64,000 bases of DNA, taken from contig JAUTXP010000021.1 in the NCBI GenBank assembly GCA_030837965.1, positions 14,844 to 78,843 of the forward strand, in the 5' to 3' direction. Shown here piece after piece: positions 60,308 through 64,000 of this stretch. The DNA is from Acidimicrobiaceae bacterium (GTDB taxonomy: Bacteria; Actinomycetota; Acidimicrobiia; Acidimicrobiales; JAUTXP01). The position numbers and the translations under genes were made by a program. Each line of letters begins with the position of its first letter. Position 1 is the first letter of the stretch. The notes beneath the pieces are model-generated. The model saw nothing but the letters and a program-made list of their open reading frames with translations. It made no database searches and was not told the origin of the DNA.

Positions 60308-60330
60308 TTATCAACAATCGTTGTTGATTA
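60308..60330. promoter_or_regulatory. AT-rich palindromic operator candidate (TTATCAACAA-TCG-TTGTTGATTA), Fur-family box-like
   Basis: The 8-3-8 core is perfect (60310-60328). A second palindrome AGCACG-TG-CGTGCT lies at 60333-60346. Both sit in the 107-bp divergent region between the antiporter operon and the Fur-family gene. Confidence 0.5.
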
Positions 60331-60361
60331 GCAGCACGTGCGTGCTAGGGTCGCTCTCGCC

Positions 60362-60785
60362 GTGAAGACCCCCGCCGAGCTGACCGAGCTGTTCCGCACC
60401 CGAGGCTTCAAGGTCACCCCGCAGCGCCAGATGCTGTTCCGGCTGCTCCACGGCAATGACGTGCACCCCACGGCCGAGTCGCTCTATGCCGCGGCCAGCG
60501 CGGAGATGCCCACCATCTCGTTGCGCACCGTGTACCAGACGTTGAGCGACCTGGAGTCGATGGGTGAGATCCAGCAGCTCGACATGGGCACTGGGTCGAG
60601 CCGCTTCGACCCCAACACCGACGTACATCACCACTTGGTGTGCGAGCGGTGCGGCAAGGTCCGCGACCTGTACGCCGACTTCGCCATCTCGGTGCCGCGG
60701 GGCCGGGCCCAGGGATTCACCGTGAAGAACGCCGAGGTCGTGTTCCGCGGCCTCTGTGACACCTGCAAGCAAGGAGACGAACACC

Positions 60786-60793
<8 letters not shown>
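60362..60793 (+). CDS. Fur-family metalloregulator (PerR/Fur-like)
   Basis: [26 protein letters not shown], and the second CxxC in LCDTC. GTG 60362 is preferred because it lies 10 nt after TAGGGT. GTG 60338 is also possible. Confidence 0.85.
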
Positions 60794-61205
<412 letters not shown>

Positions 61206-61224
61206 GTCCCCCGATATCCGGCGT

Positions 61225-61269
61225 CTGGAGGACATGGTGGCCGCGCGCCACCGCCACCATGTCCTCCAG
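61225..61269. terminator. Hairpin, family A copy 3 (CTGGAGGACATGGTGG ... CCACCATGTCCTCCAG)
   Basis: A 16-bp perfect inverted repeat with a 13-nt loop, 20 nt after the rubrerythrin stop. Confidence 0.6.
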
Positions 61270-61287
61270 TGCGCGCAAGGAGCGCAT

Positions 61288-62625
61288 GTGACCACGACGT
61301 ACGACCACCGCCATCCCGCGTACTACGACGAGGCCGACCTGCGGGGCGAGCTCAACCGGGTCTTCGACCTGTGCCACGGGTGTCGCATGTGCTTCAACCT
61401 GTGCCCGTCGTTCCCGACCCTGTTCGACTACGCCGACTCCTACGACGGCGACGTCCACCAGATGACGACGGCCGAGCAGGACCACGTGGTGGACGAGTGC
61501 TACCAGTGCAAGATCTGTTATGTGAAGTGCCCGTACATCCCGCCTCACGAGTGGGAGCTGGACTTCCCCCGGATGATCATGCGGGCCGAGGCCGTGCGGA
61601 TGAAGAAGGGCGACGACACCGTGGCCCAGAAGGCGGCCAAGCATGCGCTGGGCAGGCCGGACCTGTTGGGCCGCCTGGCCACTGGCCCCCAAAGCGTCGT
61701 GGTGAACAAGTCGCTCGACGTGAAGCCGGTGCGCAGACTGGTCGAGAAGGCGGCCGGCATCGCGTCCGAGCGGGTCCTGCCGCCGTACGCCAGACAGCGC
61801 TTCACCACCTGGTTCAAGAAGCGCAAGGCGTCGTCGTCCGACAGCACGCAACGCGCCGAGCGCACTCAAGCCCGGGCCGCCGTCTTCCCCACCTGCTTCG
61901 TGGAGTACATGCAGCCTGACATCGGCCAGGACCTGGTCAAGGTCTACGAGCGCAACGGCGTTGCATGCAGCCTGGCCTCGACCACCACGTGCTGCGCGGC
62001 GCCGCTGCTGCACGCAGGCGACGTCGACGGCTTCTTGAAGGTGGCCGAGAAGAACGTGAAGGCGTTGGCCGAGGACGTGCGCGCGGGCAGGGACGTCGTC
62101 GTGCCCCAGCCCACGTGCGGCTACGTGCTGAAGAAGGACTACGTGCAGTACGTGGGTGGTGACGACGCCGAGCTGGTGGCCAGGCACACGTACGACGCGG
62201 CCGAGTACCTGATGAAGCTGCACAAGGACGCCGACACCACGTTCGACACCGACTTCGCGGGCGATGTCCCCGAGGCCGTCACCTACCACGTGCCCTGCCA
62301 CCTCCAGGCCCAGAACATCGGGCTCAAGAGCAGGGACCTGATGAAGCTCACCGGCACCAAGATCACGTTGGTCAACAAGTGCTCGGGGATCGACGGCACC
62401 TGGGGCTACCGGGCCGAGAACTACGAGCTGGCCCGCAAGGTGGCCCAGCCCCTGGCCCAGGCCGTGGAGGCGGCGGGCAACGACGTGGTGACGGGGGACT
62501 GCCACTTGGCCAACGGGGCCATCGTGCAGGAGACGGGCAAGCGCCCCGTCCACCCGATCCAGTTCGTGGCCCGGGCCTACGGCATTGCCGAGGAAGGGGA
62601 GGGGAGCGGATGGGGCAGAAGCTGA
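61288..62625 (+). CDS. (Fe-S)-binding protein with 4Fe-4S dicluster and CCG domains (HdrD/GlpC-like)
   Basis: [24 protein letters not shown], two Cys-rich CCG-type regions (VFPTCF..., YHVPCHL...), and AAGGAG 5 nt upstream of GTG 61288. Confidence 0.85.
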   Translation: MTTTYDHRHPAYYDEADLRGELNRVFDLCHGCRMCFNLCPSFPTLFDYADSYDGDVHQMTTAEQDHVVDECYQCKICYVKCPYIPPHEWELDFPRMIMRAEAVRMKKGDDTVAQKAAKHALGRPDLLGRLATGPQSVVVNKSLDVKPVRRLVEKAAGIASERVLPPYARQRFTTWFKKRKASSSDSTQRAERTQARAAVFPTCFVEYMQPDIGQDLVKVYERNGVACSLASTTTCCAAPLLHAGDVDGFLKVAEKNVKALAEDVRAGRDVVVPQPTCGYVLKKDYVQYVGGDDAELVARHTYDAAEYLMKLHKDADTTFDTDFAGDVPEAVTYHVPCHLQAQNIGLKSRDLMKLTGTKITLVNKCSGIDGTWGYRAENYELARKVAQPLAQAVEAAGNDVVTGDCHLANGAIVQETGKRPVHPIQFVARAYGIAEEGEGSGWGRS

Positions 62626-63197
62626 GTCTCGGCGACATCGCCGACCTGCGCGCCTATGAGCGCGAGCGCGACGAGTTCCGTGACCGCATCATCGCCTTGA
62701 AGCGCGTGCGACGGGTTGGCATCGGACCGCTCGTCACCTTGCTGTTCGAGAACCGCGACACCATCCGGTTCCAGGTGCAGGAGATGGCCAGGGCCGAGCG
62801 CATGCTGTCCGACGACCAGATCCAGACCGAGTTGGACGTCTACAACCCGCTGATCCCTGATGTGGGCGAGCTGTCGGCGACCTTGTTCGTCGAGCTGACG
62901 TCCAAGGAGCAGTTGGTCGAGTGGCTGCCCAAGCTGGTCGGGGTCGAGCGGTCGGTGGAGCTGATCATCGGCCGCGAGGTGGTGCGCTGCGAGGTGGAAG
63001 AGGCCCACGCCGACCAGTTGACCCGCCAGGACGTGACCGCCTCCGTGCACTACGTGCGGTTCCGGCTGAGCCCCGAGCAGGTCGGCCGCTTCGCATCCGA
63101 GCCGGTGGTGCTGGCTGTGAATCATCCGAACTATGCCGAGGGCACCCATCTCTCGGACGACACCAAGCGCGCCCTGCTGGAGGATCTCCGGGGCTAG
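62610..63197 (+). CDS. DUF3501-like protein
   Basis: [55 protein letters not shown]. It overlaps the end of the Fe-S gene. The family call is from memory of this motif and context. Confidence 0.65.
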   Translation: MGQKLSLGDIADLRAYERERDEFRDRIIALKRVRRVGIGPLVTLLFENRDTIRFQVQEMARAERMLSDDQIQTELDVYNPLIPDVGELSATLFVELTSKEQLVEWLPKLVGVERSVELIIGREVVRCEVEEAHADQLTRQDVTASVHYVRFRLSPEQVGRFASEPVVLAVNHPNYAEGTHLSDDTKRALLEDLRG

Positions 63198-63207
63198 GTT
63201 CGCCTGC

Positions 63208-63966
63208 ATGCATCGACGGGCGCAGACTTCCATCGGGGCTGCGGCCCTGGCCGTGTTCGTCCTGGCCGCGGGCGCGTGCGGCGGGAGCGACAAGAGCGGT
63301 AGCGGCGACAAGGCCACCACCACCTCGACCACCGCCTCGACCTCGACCACGTCGACCACCGTGTTGCTGACGACCGACTCGAAGGTGGCCGCCGCATTGG
63401 ACGGCACCATCCTGACCGCGGCCGAGGTCCAGTCCGCCCTGGCGTTGCCGGCCCCGCCCCAGCCCTTCACCGGGACGGGTGCAGCGCCGCCGCCGCCCCA
63501 AGGCCCGCTGTCGCTCGACGGCGTGGCCAAGGTCTTCCCCGACCCCGCGTACAAGGGCTTGTTGGAGCAGGGGGAGGCGTCCGTGGGGGCCAACAAGACG
63601 TATGCCGCGGCCATCGGCGCGGGGGCCGTGATCAACGTGCTGGCCGTGAAGTTCAAGGACGCCACGACGGGCGGCACCTTCGTCCAGTCGGCCACCCAGG
63701 TGGCCACCACCTTCGGCGGGGCCAAGACCAACGCCCACCCCGAGGTGAAGATCGGCGTCGTCCCCGCGGCGGTCCTGGTCGTGCCGCCCGCGCCAGGTGC
63801 TCAGGCCGAGACCGTGGTGATCGCCACCCTCTATCAGGACGGCGTCTACTACCAAGTGTCGTCATCGGCGGCGCCTGGCAGCGTCAAAGATGAGGTGGTC
63901 CTGAAGCTGCTGGCGGCCCAGGACGCCAAGTACCAGCGCACCAAGGCCTCGATCCCGGCTTCGTAG
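63208..63966 (+). CDS. Lipoprotein, hypothetical
   Basis: Signal peptide and lipobox (AAALAVFVLAAGAC), then an S/T-rich linker. No family recognised. Confidence 0.6.
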   Translation: MHRRAQTSIGAAALAVFVLAAGACGGSDKSGSGDKATTTSTTASTSTTSTTVLLTTDSKVAAALDGTILTAAEVQSALALPAPPQPFTGTGAAPPPPQGPLSLDGVAKVFPDPAYKGLLEQGEASVGANKTYAAAIGAGAVINVLAVKFKDATTGGTFVQSATQVATTFGGAKTNAHPEVKIGVVPAAVLVVPPAPGAQAETVVIATLYQDGVYYQVSSSAAPGSVKDEVVLKLLAAQDAKYQRTKASIPAS

Positions 63967-64000
63967 CCCGGGCCAGGCCGAGTGCGGCCCCCTCAAGTTG

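Overview
This is a very GC-rich chromosomal window (about 70% by eye) from an actinobacterium. Every coding frame shows strong third-position GC bias, so the six-frame track is full of long spurious antisense and merged ORFs. I called genes from recognisable protein families, start-codon context and stop/start overlaps.

The backbone is the conserved Actinomycetota housekeeping block: tRNA-Gly and tRNA-Pro, tig-clpP-clpX, a valS-like gene, folC-ndk, mreB-mreC-mreD-mrdA-rodA, a radical-SAM pair, rne, rplU-rpmA-obg-proB, and proA. Further along are a MoxR/VWA operon, a sulfate-assimilation operon (sir-cysH-cysD-cysN), a class II DAHP synthase, a glycerol/G3P cluster, and a Fur-family/rubrerythrin/Fe-S/DUF3501 module. 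The single clpP together with mreBCD suggests a non-mycobacterial, possibly Acidimicrobiia-like lineage; this is inference only.

I found no CRISPR array, transposase, integrase or prophage.

The observations most worth a second look are:
1. An intact 495-aa ValRS homologue sits in the valS slot. It has lost its N-terminus with the HIGH motif, the KMSKS motif and the whole anticodon-binding half, and it overlaps folC.
2. Three families of repeated palindromic or hairpin elements occur. One is a 31-bp perfect palindrome present twice, and its arms fit the DnaA-box consensus.
3. proB and proA are split by about 7.4 kb. The insert carries a tightly packed operon (SBP-like protein, SBP+VWA lipoprotein, TM coiled-coil protein, PspA) next to a Crp/Fnr regulator.
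4. A GAF/HisKA_3 kinase lacks the canonical H-box His and N-box Asn. It lies beside a membrane-tethered ECF sigma factor.
5. A small accessory islet (vapBC plus a frameshifted, truncated DUF559 mosaic) lies between clpX and the valS-like gene.

All functional interpretations are inference from sequence. No database search was run.
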